DNA from: an uncultured Lachnospiraceae bacterium
GTDB taxonomy: Bacteria > Bacillota > Clostridia > Lachnospirales > Lachnospiraceae
Assembly: GCA_902801515.1 (NCBI GenBank)
Contig: CADCII010000020.1
Coordinates: 2,097-66,096, forward strand
Direction of reading: 5' to 3'
DNA: 64,000 nucleotides
A program made the position numbers and the translations under genes. Each line of letters opens with the position of its first letter. The first letter of the stretch is position 1. Under the pieces are notes generated by a model, which saw only the letters and a list, made by a program, of their open reading frames with translations, had not been told where the DNA came from and searched no databases. This document shows positions 1 through 9,875 of this stretch, one piece after another.

Positions 1-267
1 GGGAGCAGACTTTGCAGGTTCCACGGCAGGCATGTCAGACTCTTCAGCCGGCCGGACCTCAATCTTCTCAGCATCCGCCAGTCTCAGGGTCAGCTCATAA
101 CCGTGGATCCGCAGTTCCATTGGATCGCCCATAGGCGCCAGCTTCGTAAGGGTGACTCCGGCTCCGGGAATCACGCCCATATCCAGAAAGTGCTGCCGCA
201 GTGCTCCTTCGCCTCCGACAGCTGTTATTACGGCACTGTCGCCGGGATTCATATCTCTGATCGTCAT
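1..267 (-). CDS. feoA: FeoA-domain ferrous iron transport protein (N-terminal part; the ORF runs off the left edge)
   Basis: My own reverse-strand translation from the ATG at 267-265 gives MTIRDMNPGDSAVITAVGGEGALRQHFLDMGVIPGAGVTLTKLAPMGDPMELRIHGYELTLRLADAEKIEV..., a typical FeoA core. A GGAG RBS lies just upstream. The ORF is absent from the track because no stop codon falls inside the window. Confidence 0.75.
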   Translation of the reverse strand, partial: MTIRDMNPGDSAVITAVGGEGALRQHFLDMGVIPGAGVTLTKLAPMGDPMELRIHGYELTLRLADAEKIEVRPAEESDMPAVEPAKSAP

Positions 268-283
268 AGCAACTCCACATCCA

Positions 284-302
284 CTAATGATAATTTGTTA
301 TC
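284..302. promoter_or_regulatory. Fur-box-like operator upstream of feoA
   Basis: TAATGATAATTTGTTATCA resembles the classical Fur consensus GATAATGATAATCATTATC. The first 10 nt are identical to TAATGATAAT. The site lies 17 nt upstream of the feoA start codon. Confidence 0.4.
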
Positions 303-402
303 AATTACTTAAGTTAGGTACACAGTACCACAGTTCGATATTGAAATCAACACCCGACTTCATTTTTTCAGGCGGTTGTCATATTTCGGCCGGAGAGTTC
401 GA

Positions 403-1875
403 TCACCGCTGCTCCAGATAGGCGGACCTCAGCTGGGCCCTGCCGGAACAGCCGGTCTTCTGAAGAAGATTGTGGACATGGAACTTGACTGTACTCTCTG
501 ACACAAACAGCTTCTCGGCAATCTCTGAGTTCGTACAGCCGTCCAGAAGATAACGAAGGACTTCCTTTTCCCTGACAGAAAGATCATGGCGGACTGCGAA
601 ATGTTCAAAGATCTCGCGGTCTGTTTTCTGCTGCACGGCAGCAGGAAGATAGAGGTCCTGATACATCCTGACAAACAGGAACACGGTAAGGGCAAACAGA
701 GCAGAAGCTGTCAGGACCAGAGGAGCAGTGTACTCCCGGAGAAGGTGATTGAGCAGATTGCCTGCGGCGTCACCAAGACGGCCGATCATCAGTCCGGCAC
801 CTGCAAGGCAGGGCAGTTTCTGACGGTCCGCAAGGTCGGTGAACAGAAGGACTCTGTATACAGAGAAGAACCCGAAGGTCAGGTAATCGATGTTCCAGAG
901 AATGATATGCGGGACCGATTCACGGGCAAGAGTCAGCATGATAAAAGGCGTCACCAGAGCGGCAAGCGTACAGACGGCGCCATACTTGCGGCTTCTGTCA
1001 TTGACATAACCTGCGCAGATCAGACCGGCGGCGTAGACCAGGCGGGACAGCTCGATGCTGATACCGGAATGGACGTCCGCCGAAGGAAAACCAAAACCGA
1101 GGTTCTTGACCAGGCATATCAGGAAAAGGGTAAAACCGATCATGAGCACAGTCTTCCTGTCAAGCCTGGCGTCAGTCTTTCTGCTGCCGGCCGGAATGTC
1201 CCTTTTGTCCGTTTTCCCTGCTTTTACAGAACCTGTGACATTATTATTTCCAGAGACAACCGCCTCATTAATCTCTTCGAAAGCCGTCTCACAGCTTTTA
1301 TCAGCCTCATCCTGCTCCCCGGGAAGGTCGCCAAGCCATGCGCACAGAGCGGCGGTGGCAGCATAGAGAAGCAGCGACCAGGGAGACCTGAGAAAACTGC
1401 CCCTGCCGATGAGGGAGATCACCCAGGTCATCAGGGCAGAGACGGCATATCCATAGCCATAGATCCTGCCCCTGCGGGAAACACCTGCGGATAAACTCAG
1501 GGCATACAGATAATAACCTGCGATCAGTCCGCAGCATACATTCAGCAGAAGCCCGAAAACAATCGTACCTGTCGCTCCGGCGCTCAGAACAGACGGGACA
1601 AGACAGATGAAAAACAGGACCATCAGCAGAGAGTACAGGCTCCTGCCGATCAGATCCGCCCTGCGGTATATCAGCACGCAGAACATCAGGATACCTGCCG
1701 CCTGCGCAGCATATCCGACGGACATGCTCAGAAGATCTGTCTGCCCTGCGGATACCAGAGGCATCAGGTGATAGAGCCATGACAGATAACCTGACGATGT
1801 CAGGAAAAATGAAAAAGCGATCAGTGCAAAGCATCTAAGCGCTCTTTTTTTATGATCTGTCATCCCAGCAGCCAT
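403..1875 (-). CDS. Polytopic membrane LuxR-family transcriptional regulator
   Basis: The C-terminus, REKEVLRYLLDGCTNSEIAEKLFVSESTVKFHVHNLLQKTG, is a LuxR/GerE HTH. The N-terminal ~400 aa contain about 10 hydrophobic helices. The preferred start is MAAGMTDHKK at 1875, which has an AGGAG RBS; the track start at 1923 is a GTG. Confidence 0.8.
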   Translation of the reverse strand: MAAGMTDHKKRALRCFALIAFSFFLTSSGYLSWLYHLMPLVSAGQTDLLSMSVGYAAQAAGILMFCVLIYRRADLIGRSLYSLLMVLFFICLVPSVLSAGATGTIVFGLLLNVCCGLIAGYYLYALSLSAGVSRRGRIYGYGYAVSALMTWVISLIGRGSFLRSPWSLLLYAATAALCAWLGDLPGEQDEADKSCETAFEEINEAVVSGNNNVTGSVKAGKTDKRDIPAGSRKTDARLDRKTVLMIGFTLFLICLVKNLGFGFPSADVHSGISIELSRLVYAAGLICAGYVNDRSRKYGAVCTLAALVTPFIMLTLARESVPHIILWNIDYLTFGFFSVYRVLLFTDLADRQKLPCLAGAGLMIGRLGDAAGNLLNHLLREYTAPLVLTASALFALTVFLFVRMYQDLYLPAAVQQKTDREIFEHFAVRHDLSVREKEVLRYLLDGCTNSEIAEKLFVSESTVKFHVHNLLQKTGCSGRAQLRSAYLEQR

Positions 1876-2067
1876 ATCCGTCTCCTGAATCACATCAAAG
1901 GTTTCATAATATAAGTAACCCACAAAAACCGCATAAAATCAAGCATTATTCGAAACTGATCCAAAACTGGACTCTGTCTCAGTTCACTTCTGTGCCATAT
2001 TATCCTTGAGTAATTGTGTCCTGCCGCCTCTGCGCGGTCATGATGAAAGATGGAAAGGAAGGCAGCA

Positions 2068-5000
2068 ATGAACAAGACCAGGAAACTCATTTCCATATTG
2101 TGTATCGTATGCATGATGTCTCAGATCCTGAGCGGGTACATTTTCGCGTCAGAAGACATATATGTCATCGGGGAAGACAACTCATATGAGCAGGAAATCA
2201 TGTTGGAAGCGCCTGACGAGGGAGCGGAAGAGGACTATGCTGATCTGATTGAGGATGTAGATGAAGATCCGGGTACAGATGCGGACGATGCAGCTGTGCA
2301 GTCTGCTGCTGAAACCGAGTCTGAGGTTCAGCCGGAAGGAACTGCTGCACCGGAAACTGAAGAAGTACTGTCCTTAGAAGATGCTTCGGATAACGACGGT
2401 GAAGAATCTGCCGGGGAATTCATTACAGCCTGCGAAGACGGAGGACAGGCTTCTCTGCGGATACTGGACAGCAATACCGCAGACGGAAAACCTGTCACGG
2501 CTATTGATTTCGGCACCATTGACCTGTCACAGGCTTCCGGAACGTACAGCAGGGAGATCTATTACAGGCAGGGCGATGCAGGAGATGCGCCGGTTATCGC
2601 AGGATCACCGATCTTTACGGTTGGCGGCAACTGGTTTGAATACCCTGCGGAGTATAACGGCGTCAACGATGCAATATTCGGTAATCCGTTCACTCGTGGC
2701 GCAGAGGGGCTTAGCAGCAGTAGTATAAGAGATGAGATCAGGCTGAATGTGGATAAGATGCTGGCAGGCACTTACACGGCAACTTACCATGTATTTGCCC
2801 AGCCGCAGTGTGTTGACGCTAACGGTCTGCTGGAAAATGACCCGGATTCCGGTGAGATCCTGATCCCGATGCGTGTGCAGCTTACCGGAATCAACTCCAG
2901 TCTGCCCGACAGGGTCGAGAACCTGAGTGCAGAAGCGGGTAATGGACAGGTCATTCTGCAGTGGGATGCAATAGACAGTTTCGGTGTCTGTGACAGCACC
3001 TATAATATCTACCGCCGCACAGGCAGTGAAACGGGAGATGATCCGGACAGGTATGATTACAGTCTGTATGAACAGATCGATATTGTGCCTGCCTCTGACG
3101 GTATCACCCGTTATATAGATGAAACCGTAGAAAACGGAGAGACATACTCTTATTTTGTAATGGGATCAGAACCTGGCCAGGGATATCCCAGTATAGCTGT
3201 CGCGGCGACCCCCACCGATCAGGCACCTTTCCGCCCCGCCGCTCCGGATTTATCTGCAGGACCTGTAACAGGCGCGGTTGAACTGGACTGGAATCTGACT
3301 GCAGACGAGGATCTGTACCCGGGTTACAGCGAAGGCTGGGCAGACGGAGCAGGAGTCATCGACCACTTTAATGTCTACCGGAACGGTGTGATAGTTGCGC
3401 AGGTTGACCAGAATGCCTGTATAAGAAGACCGGATGAGGATAAGTATGAGTGGATCACCCGGATTCCCTGCGAAGACCTGTCCGGAGAGAATCTGTACGC
3501 AGGCTATACCTGGTGGGTAACGGCAGTCGCCGTTGAGGAAAAGGGCGGTCTGGAAGGTCATGAGAGTTCTCATAAAAATGTGTCTCCATATTCCGGGAAG
3601 CCTCTGATACAGGCATTTCGTACAGTATGGGACCCGGATGATCCTTCGGTGACGCTCTATGCGGAGGCCGAATACTCGATGAAATGTCTGAAAGTATGGA
3701 GAAACGGGGTTTATCTGGGACCATCCGATAAATACTCGAACGGTGAATACAGATTTGAAGATACTACAGCAAAACGCGGTAAGACATACACCTATCTTCT
3801 TGCCTTTGTTGACCATAGCAATGTAGAGAGCGAACCAGTCACCATTACGGTGAAAACGCAGGGTTCTGAATACCTGGAACTGGGAAGTCCGAGGGTCGTA
3901 TATGGAGAAAACTGGTACATCCTGAACGGAAAAACCGCAGTCATAGAAAACGTGGATGTGGATGCGGACGCCACGTACAGAGTCATGAAGAATAATGAAG
4001 CTGTCGCCGTCTACGGTGCAGGGGGTACTGCTGCAGATACTATCTCATACAGAGATACTCCCGCGGATCCCGGAACATACATCTACCGGGTCGATAAAGA
4101 ACAGGATGGCATAACTATGTCATCTGTGGAGTTTGCGTTTATCAAGGAGGCCCAGGGCAGCATCGCCGGACAGAAGCCATGCGCTCCGGAACTGACCGCC
4201 AGAATCTGCGGGAGACCGGGAGACCGGAATGTGCAGCTCTCCTGGACCAAATCGTCTGACGGTGCGGAGCCGGAAGGCTACTATATCTACCGGACAGACA
4301 ATGGGACATACAATACAGGAATGTTTAACAGATCGGATGGGCACGAGGAATATACAGCGTCACATTACGGACAACCTGAACCTGCTCAGAACAGGTACTT
4401 CAGGAGATACGCTCCGGGAAACAGTTTTCTGGATGAGAATGTCGAATGGACCTATTCAGCCATGTATCGGCTGAAGTACTGGGTGTGTGCCTATAACAGA
4501 TATGGAGTCAGTGAGCCTTCGCAGGTCATTGTTTATGAGCCGGTCGATGCAAACGGCGACGGAATTCCCGAAGAGCCTGAAAATGAAGACACTCTGGCTC
4601 CGGGAGAACCTTTGATCATTGATTTTTCCGTGAGCTGTAATCCGGAAACCTACGGGATCAATGACAATTATTATTACGGGTATCTGAATGTTTCATGGGA
4701 GCAGTCCCCATCCGGCGGAGGCGTCGACAGCTATAACATACAGTTCCAGCTTGCGGGCGGGGGCAGCTATTCAGTAACACGCTATCCAGGCGCATCCGGA
4801 GAAGACGGACAGATGACGGCATACGACATTGTTTATTTCCCGAAGGATTACGGTGTCTGCCATGTGACAGTCACAGCAGAGAATTCGGAAGGTACAGCGT
4901 CCTCAGAGACAGAGTATCTTGTCGGAGGTATACCGTCTCTTCGCGTCAGTCCGGCACAGTCCCCGGAAGGAGTTTCCGGAGCGTCGGCTTACCTTGAATG

Positions 5001-6969
5001 GACGGCGCCATATAAGGACGATGTGAACGTGACAGGATATGAGATCTGGAGAAAGACCGAAGACAGCCCATGGGAGCAGGTAATCTATGATCCCGGGGAT
5101 GTTTTATTTGAAACGGAGTCAGGCAAATACGCTTATACAGACACAGGGCTTGCGGATGGTAAGACTTACCTGTACTACGTTTCAGCGATCACTGAAACTG
5201 CCGCTCCTCAGCGTAAATCCGTTGAGAGAGAGGTGACGGTATTTGAACAGTACACACCTCCTGCAACTCCGGTCCTGAAGATGCCTGTATTGACAGGAAA
5301 CGCATATTATCCAGATCTCCTGATCTCCTGGGAGAAACCTTCTGCAGGACGTCCGACCGCCTATTATCTGGAGTTTCAGAAAACTCTTAACGGCGTGCAG
5401 GGAGAATGGGAAGACTGGATAAAACTCAGCCATGAGCGTCGCCCGCTCCGGGTAGAAACAGACCAGGCGGGCTTTGTCACAGGCCAGATGAGTATACAGC
5501 AGTATAACTATTGGGATCCTTTCAGCTATGCAGAGGGAGATACTGTCAGTTTCCGTCTGCAGGCAGTCAATTCTCTGGGCGAAAGTGAATGGAGCGAACC
5601 GGTCACCATCAGCCCTGCAAGGCTGATCGCAGACTATTTACAGGAGGATACAAAGCCCTGTCCTTATTATGCTGAGCCTGCCGCTGAGCGTGGAGACGGA
5701 CAGGTGACCCTTACCTGGAACCAGGTACTGCCGACGGATGAATATGCCCAGGTGCTCTATTATAAAATCTTCCGCTATAAAGTGACAGCCACTCAAGGAT
5801 CGACTGCGGCTGACTGGCAGACAACATACTATGACTATGATGCTCCGGATACAGTGGCACAGATCCCGGCGGAGCAGGACAGCTACACGTATACAGATAC
5901 AGACCTTGAAAATGGGCAGCTCTATGCATACCATGTAGCTGCCTGCAGCGCAGATGGACATTACTATAACGAAGGGATCACAGCGATTCAGTACATGAAG
6001 GGCGTTGTCATGATCACCCCTCATGGACAGCTCAGTGAAGAGGCCGAAGCAGCGCAGACACTGGTTGATAATCTTCCGGCCGCAGGGACTGTAACAGAAG
6101 ACATCCTGCAGGATCAGGATGCGCTCCGTGACCTTGAGGAGCAGATACAGGAGAGCAAAGACGCTCTTGCAGCTTTACCGGAAGATGAACAGGACCAGGT
6201 GGATCAGGCAAAGCTCAACGAGCTGGAGTCTCATCTGGAAGCGCTGAAGCAGGAGGCAGGCCAGCAGGGCGATCCGAATCTGCAGACTATGACACTCAGC
6301 GGGACTAAGGCGTACACGCAAAGAGCCAGCGCAGGAGCGTTCAGCCTCCAGGTAAAATGTTCAGCAGCGGATGCGGAACTGACTTATACATCCGGCAATA
6401 CAAAGGTAGCAAAGGTAGATGCGAATGGCCGTGTGACGCCGGGCACAGCCGGCACAGCGAAGATCAGGGTACAGGCTGCATGCACAGGCTATGCGGATAC
6501 GGAGATGACCCTGACCGTCACGGTGACAGGGCTTGCGAAGGGCGGGAGCAGCGTCTGCGCAGCCGGAACATCAAGAGCACTTTACAAGGTGACAGGTACC
6601 GACACTGTCACCTATGTAAAGTGCAAAGCTGCAGCAGATGCCAAAACCCTGTCAGTGCCGGCCACGGTTACGATCAACAGGGCAGTCTACAGAGTGACCG
6701 CTGTCGGAGCCGGCGCATTTACCGGCTATAAGAAAGTGAAGAAACTGACCATCGGGGCAAACACTGCTTCGATCGGAAGCCAGGCATTCAAAAAATGCAA
6801 AAAACTGAAGACACTGACGATACAGACCACAAAGCTGACCAAAGGAAGTATCAGAAAAGCGCTGAGCGGCTCTTCGGTCAAAAAGGTCAAAGTGCCAAAA
6901 GCGGTCAAAAAAGCATATAAACAGATATTCAAAAAGAAAGTGTGCGGGCGGAAGGTATCTGTAAAATAA
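2068..6969 (+). CDS. Giant secreted or cell-surface protein with repeated fibronectin-type-III-like modules, a Big_2-like domain and a C-terminal BspA-type leucine-rich repeat
   Basis: The signal or anchor sequence is MNKTRKLISILCIVCMMSQILSGYIFA. Many modules follow the pattern W...Y.IYR...Y.Y.V.A. A coiled-coil segment reads LRDLEEQIQESKDALAALPEDEQDQ. A Big_2-like stretch reads LTYTSGNTKVAKVDANGRVTPGTAGTAKIRVQA. An LRR_5-like stretch reads AFTGYKKVKKLTIGANTASIGSQAFKKCKKLKTLTI. No LPXTG motif is present. An RBS (GGAAAGGAAGG) precedes the ATG at 2068. Confidence 0.85.
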   Translation: MNKTRKLISILCIVCMMSQILSGYIFASEDIYVIGEDNSYEQEIMLEAPDEGAEEDYADLIEDVDEDPGTDADDAAVQSAAETESEVQPEGTAAPETEEVLSLEDASDNDGEESAGEFITACEDGGQASLRILDSNTADGKPVTAIDFGTIDLSQASGTYSREIYYRQGDAGDAPVIAGSPIFTVGGNWFEYPAEYNGVNDAIFGNPFTRGAEGLSSSSIRDEIRLNVDKMLAGTYTATYHVFAQPQCVDANGLLENDPDSGEILIPMRVQLTGINSSLPDRVENLSAEAGNGQVILQWDAIDSFGVCDSTYNIYRRTGSETGDDPDRYDYSLYEQIDIVPASDGITRYIDETVENGETYSYFVMGSEPGQGYPSIAVAATPTDQAPFRPAAPDLSAGPVTGAVELDWNLTADEDLYPGYSEGWADGAGVIDHFNVYRNGVIVAQVDQNACIRRPDEDKYEWITRIPCEDLSGENLYAGYTWWVTAVAVEEKGGLEGHESSHKNVSPYSGKPLIQAFRTVWDPDDPSVTLYAEAEYSMKCLKVWRNGVYLGPSDKYSNGEYRFEDTTAKRGKTYTYLLAFVDHSNVESEPVTITVKTQGSEYLELGSPRVVYGENWYILNGKTAVIENVDVDADATYRVMKNNEAVAVYGAGGTAADTISYRDTPADPGTYIYRVDKEQDGITMSSVEFAFIKEAQGSIAGQKPCAPELTARICGRPGDRNVQLSWTKSSDGAEPEGYYIYRTDNGTYNTGMFNRSDGHEEYTASHYGQPEPAQNRYFRRYAPGNSFLDENVEWTYSAMYRLKYWVCAYNRYGVSEPSQVIVYEPVDANGDGIPEEPENEDTLAPGEPLIIDFSVSCNPETYGINDNYYYGYLNVSWEQSPSGGGVDSYNIQFQLAGGGSYSVTRYPGASGEDGQMTAYDIVYFPKDYGVCHVTVTAENSEGTASSETEYLVGGIPSLRVSPAQSPEGVSGASAYLEWTAPYKDDVNVTGYEIWRKTEDSPWEQVIYDPGDVLFETESGKYAYTDTGLADGKTYLYYVSAITETAAPQRKSVEREVTVFEQYTPPATPVLKMPVLTGNAYYPDLLISWEKPSAGRPTAYYLEFQKTLNGVQGEWEDWIKLSHERRPLRVETDQAGFVTGQMSIQQYNYWDPFSYAEGDTVSFRLQAVNSLGESEWSEPVTISPARLIADYLQEDTKPCPYYAEPAAERGDGQVTLTWNQVLPTDEYAQVLYYKIFRYKVTATQGSTAADWQTTYYDYDAPDTVAQIPAEQDSYTYTDTDLENGQLYAYHVAACSADGHYYNEGITAIQYMKGVVMITPHGQLSEEAEAAQTLVDNLPAAGTVTEDILQDQDALRDLEEQIQESKDALAALPEDEQDQVDQAKLNELESHLEALKQEAGQQGDPNLQTMTLSGTKAYTQRASAGAFSLQVKCSAADAELTYTSGNTKVAKVDANGRVTPGTAGTAKIRVQAACTGYADTEMTLTVTVTGLAKGGSSVCAAGTSRALYKVTGTDTVTYVKCKAAADAKTLSVPATVTINRAVYRVTAVGAGAFTGYKKVKKLTIGANTASIGSQAFKKCKKLKTLTIQTTKLTKGSIRKALSGSSVKKVKVPKAVKKAYKQIFKKKVCGRKVSVK

Positions 6970-7023
6970 AATGCCTGATGTCTTATCACAGACTTATCCT
7001 GGATTGCCCACAATATTGAATAT

Positions 7024-7066
7024 AAAACAGGCGTTTGGTATAATTAATCAGACGTCTGTTTTCTTA
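7024..7066 (+). terminator. Hairpin downstream of the surface-protein gene
   Basis: AAAACAGGCGT...ACGTCTGTTTT forms a stem with one mismatch, followed by TTTTCTTATT. Confidence 0.45.
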
Positions 7067-7077
7067 TTGACGGATAC

Positions 7078-7110
7078 AAACTGCCCGAGATAAATATTCC
7101 GGGCAGTTTT
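7078..7110 (+). terminator. Intrinsic terminator-like hairpin
   Basis: AAACTGCCCG-(12 nt loop)-CGGGCAGTTTT forms a perfect 10-bp stem followed by a T run. Confidence 0.55.
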
Positions 7111-7222
7111 CATACAAGGGGCAGAAATCCGGTTATCCTGCGGAAGCATGCCAGACCTGTGAGTGACACAGACACCTGCAGAAGAGTATAAATAATGCAT
7201 ATAGTTCAGAGGAGGAAATTGT

Positions 7223-8353
7223 ATGAAATACCGTGATTTTGGCAAGCTGGGGATAAAGGGTTCAGCGTTCGGCCTTGGCTGCATGCGCTTTAACGGCGCG
7301 GCCTCGGGAGACAGCATTATAGACGAGGAGAAGGCCATCTCTCTGATCCGCCGCGCGATTGACGGCGGAGTGACCTATATTGATACCGCATATGTCTATC
7401 TGGACAAGACTTCCGAGATAATAGTGGGCAAGGCTCTTCAGGACGGCTACCGCGACAAGGTCACGATCGCGACCAAGATGCCTGCGGAGCTGGTGCATAA
7501 CCGTGCAGAGATGGAGACCATGCTTGACGAGGAACTGAAGAAACTCCAGACCGACCACATCGATTTCTATCTGATGCATGGCATCAACAAGGAGAAATGG
7601 GAATACTTCAAGTCCATCGGCGCGCCGCAGTTTTTCGATGACATGAAGAAGGCGGGAAAGATCCGCTTCAAATGTTTCTCCTTCCATGCTCCTTATGAAG
7701 AGTTCGAATACATCATCAAAGATTATGACTGGGATATGTGCCAGATCCAGTATAACTTCATGAATGAAGAGTACCAGGCAGGAACGAAGGGACTGGAACT
7801 TGCCGGGAGTCTGGGGATTCCTGTCGTCATCATGGAAGGCCTGCTCGGCGGACGTCTGGCGAAGGCGCCGGACAATGTGCAGGCGATCTACGATGCCTTC
7901 CCGGTGAAGCGTTCTCCAGTGGAATGGTCATTCCGCTGGCTGTGCAACCATCCTGAGATCGGGACGGTCCTGTCCGGCTGCAATGAGGAAGCACAGATCG
8001 ATGATAACCTGCGTATCTTTGATACCGTAGAGCCCGGCATCATGACAGAAGATGAACTTAAACTCATGGCAGACGCCCGCGACGCGTACCTCAGCCTCAT
8101 GAAGATCGGCTGCACCGGCTGCCGCTACTGCATGCCATGTCCGAACGGCGTAAACATTCCCGGCATCTTTGCTGCCTGGAATGACTATTCCCTGTACAAC
8201 GCAGATCCCGCTCAGCATTACGGGCTAAATGAGATCCGCAAGAACAGTGCAGGTGCGGATAACTGTGTCGCCTGCGGAGCGTGCGAGGCTGCATGTCCCC
8301 AGCACCTGTCGATCATCGACGCGCTGCAGGAAGCGTGGAAGGAACTGAACTGA
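7223..8353 (+). CDS. Aldo/keto reductase with a C-terminal 2x[4Fe-4S] ferredoxin-type domain
   Basis: The N-terminus has the AKR pattern (GLGCMRF, IDTAYVY). The C-terminus carries CTGCRYCMPCP and CVACGACEAACP. A strong RBS (GAGGAGG) is present. Confidence 0.85.
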   Translation: MKYRDFGKLGIKGSAFGLGCMRFNGAASGDSIIDEEKAISLIRRAIDGGVTYIDTAYVYLDKTSEIIVGKALQDGYRDKVTIATKMPAELVHNRAEMETMLDEELKKLQTDHIDFYLMHGINKEKWEYFKSIGAPQFFDDMKKAGKIRFKCFSFHAPYEEFEYIIKDYDWDMCQIQYNFMNEEYQAGTKGLELAGSLGIPVVIMEGLLGGRLAKAPDNVQAIYDAFPVKRSPVEWSFRWLCNHPEIGTVLSGCNEEAQIDDNLRIFDTVEPGIMTEDELKLMADARDAYLSLMKIGCTGCRYCMPCPNGVNIPGIFAAWNDYSLYNADPAQHYGLNEIRKNSAGADNCVACGACEAACPQHLSIIDALQEAWKELN

Positions 8354-8366
8354 CCGGAGACTGTAA

Positions 8367-9299
8367 ATGACCAGAGTTATAGAAGTATTGCAGACTATCC
8401 TGCCTGTCATGATCATGCTGTGCATCGGTATGATCTGCAGGAGCAGGCAGCTGATCTCGCGCGAAGGAATCAACTCCCTGAAAAGTGTGGCAGTGAACAT
8501 CGCACTGCCGGCAGTTCTGCTGAGCGCATTTGCCACCACAAAGTACACCTTCATGGACATCATCATACCGCTGATGATGTTCATGGTATGTGTGGCTGCA
8601 TGGGGGCTGGGCAAAGCCGGGGCAAAACTTTTCGGGATGACTTCCCGGTTCGTTCCGTTTCTCACAACGGGATTCGAAGCGGGAATGCTTGGCTATGCGC
8701 TGTTCAACATGCTCTACGGCAGCAGCAGGACAGCGGAATTTGCCCGGATCGACCTGGGGCAGGTCCTGTTCGTTTTCACTCTATACAAAATACTGCTCGG
8801 GCTGGAAGGACGGGAGAAGGCTGACGTAAAACAGCTGCTGAAAGAGATGGCATTTTCTCCGATCATCATCGCCATTGCGGCAGGTGTGCTTCTCGGCGCG
8901 ACCGGTATCTACCAGGCATTGATACCATCCGGGATCAGCGGGATCTTTGACGCCTGCACAGATTTCGTATCCGCTCCGACCGGAGCCATCATCCTGCTGA
9001 CCATCGGGTACGATCTGGTACTGAAAGACATTCCGTGGTTTTCTGCCGGCAAGGTAGTAGCACTGCGCCTGGTAATCATGATGATCCTCCGGATTGTATT
9101 CATAACAGTCCTTCACTTACTGTGGCCTGAGGCCGCGCTCGATTCTGCGGTTAACGTAATGTTTATCCTTCCGCCGCCTTTCGTACTTCCGGTATTTGCC
9201 GACGACCCGGACCAGAGGGTGTACGTATCCTCCGCCCTGTCCATTTCAACCATAGTGGCGATCGCAGGTTTCGCGGTTCTGGCGGCAGCAGGCATCTGA
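8367..9299 (+). CDS. AEC (auxin efflux carrier) family permease
   Basis: The protein is about 310 aa with around 10 TM helices. Its N-terminus, VLQTILPVMIMLCIGMICRSRQLISREGINSLKSVAVNIALPAVL, is typical of AEC or malate-permease-like transporters. Confidence 0.75.
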   Translation: MTRVIEVLQTILPVMIMLCIGMICRSRQLISREGINSLKSVAVNIALPAVLLSAFATTKYTFMDIIIPLMMFMVCVAAWGLGKAGAKLFGMTSRFVPFLTTGFEAGMLGYALFNMLYGSSRTAEFARIDLGQVLFVFTLYKILLGLEGREKADVKQLLKEMAFSPIIIAIAAGVLLGATGIYQALIPSGISGIFDACTDFVSAPTGAIILLTIGYDLVLKDIPWFSAGKVVALRLVIMMILRIVFITVLHLLWPEAALDSAVNVMFILPPPFVLPVFADDPDQRVYVSSALSISTIVAIAGFAVLAAAGI

Positions 9300-9322
9300 T
9301 GACATCATAAGGAGAAGACAAT

Positions 9323-9862
9323 ATGAACATAACCGTATTTTTGGGGTCCTCGTCCGGCACGAAAGAGCTTCGGGAAGAGGCTGCCAGACTCGGCGCATGG
9401 ATTGCGCAGAAGAAGCATCACCTGATCTACGGAGGCAGCAGTACAGGCCTTATGGGTATTCTGGCACGCTCTGCCATGGAGGGAGGGGCTGCCGTCACCG
9501 GCGTGGAGATCGCCTTCCTCACACAGCAGCGCCTGAGCCAGGGCAGCCTGACGGAACTTATCGTCTCTGAGACGATGGCAGAACGTAAAAAACTGATGCT
9601 GGAGAGGGGAGATATCTTTCTGGCATTTCCCGGCGGAACAGGGACCCTGGAAGAGATCGCGGAAGCCATCTCCCACACAAGACTCGGCTTGCAGAAGGGA
9701 ATCTGCGTGTTTTACAATCTGAACGGATACTACGATCCGATGGCAGCCATGCTGGACAGAATGACTGAGTATGGACTGCTCGATGAAGATGGCAGGAAAT
9801 CGATCCGGTTTGTATCCTCCATCGAAGAACTCGACAAGATCTGCACACGGGCAGGCTCCTGA
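9323..9862 (+). CDS. LOG / TIGR00730-family nucleotide 5'-monophosphate nucleosidase-like protein
   Basis: The motifs YGGSSTGLMG and FPGGTGTLEEI (PGGxGTxxE) are present. Confidence 0.85.
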   Translation: MNITVFLGSSSGTKELREEAARLGAWIAQKKHHLIYGGSSTGLMGILARSAMEGGAAVTGVEIAFLTQQRLSQGSLTELIVSETMAERKKLMLERGDIFLAFPGGTGTLEEIAEAISHTRLGLQKGICVFYNLNGYYDPMAAMLDRMTEYGLLDEDGRKSIRFVSSIEELDKICTRAGS

Positions 9863-9875
9863 GAGGACAGAAATT

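Noticed and set aside
2068-6969. The giant surface-protein gene as a diversity-generating-retroelement target or a DNA-level tandem-repeat gene.
   Set aside because: The window contains no reverse transcriptase and no template repeat. The FN3-like modules are divergent at the nucleotide level, and I saw no near-identical DNA repeats.
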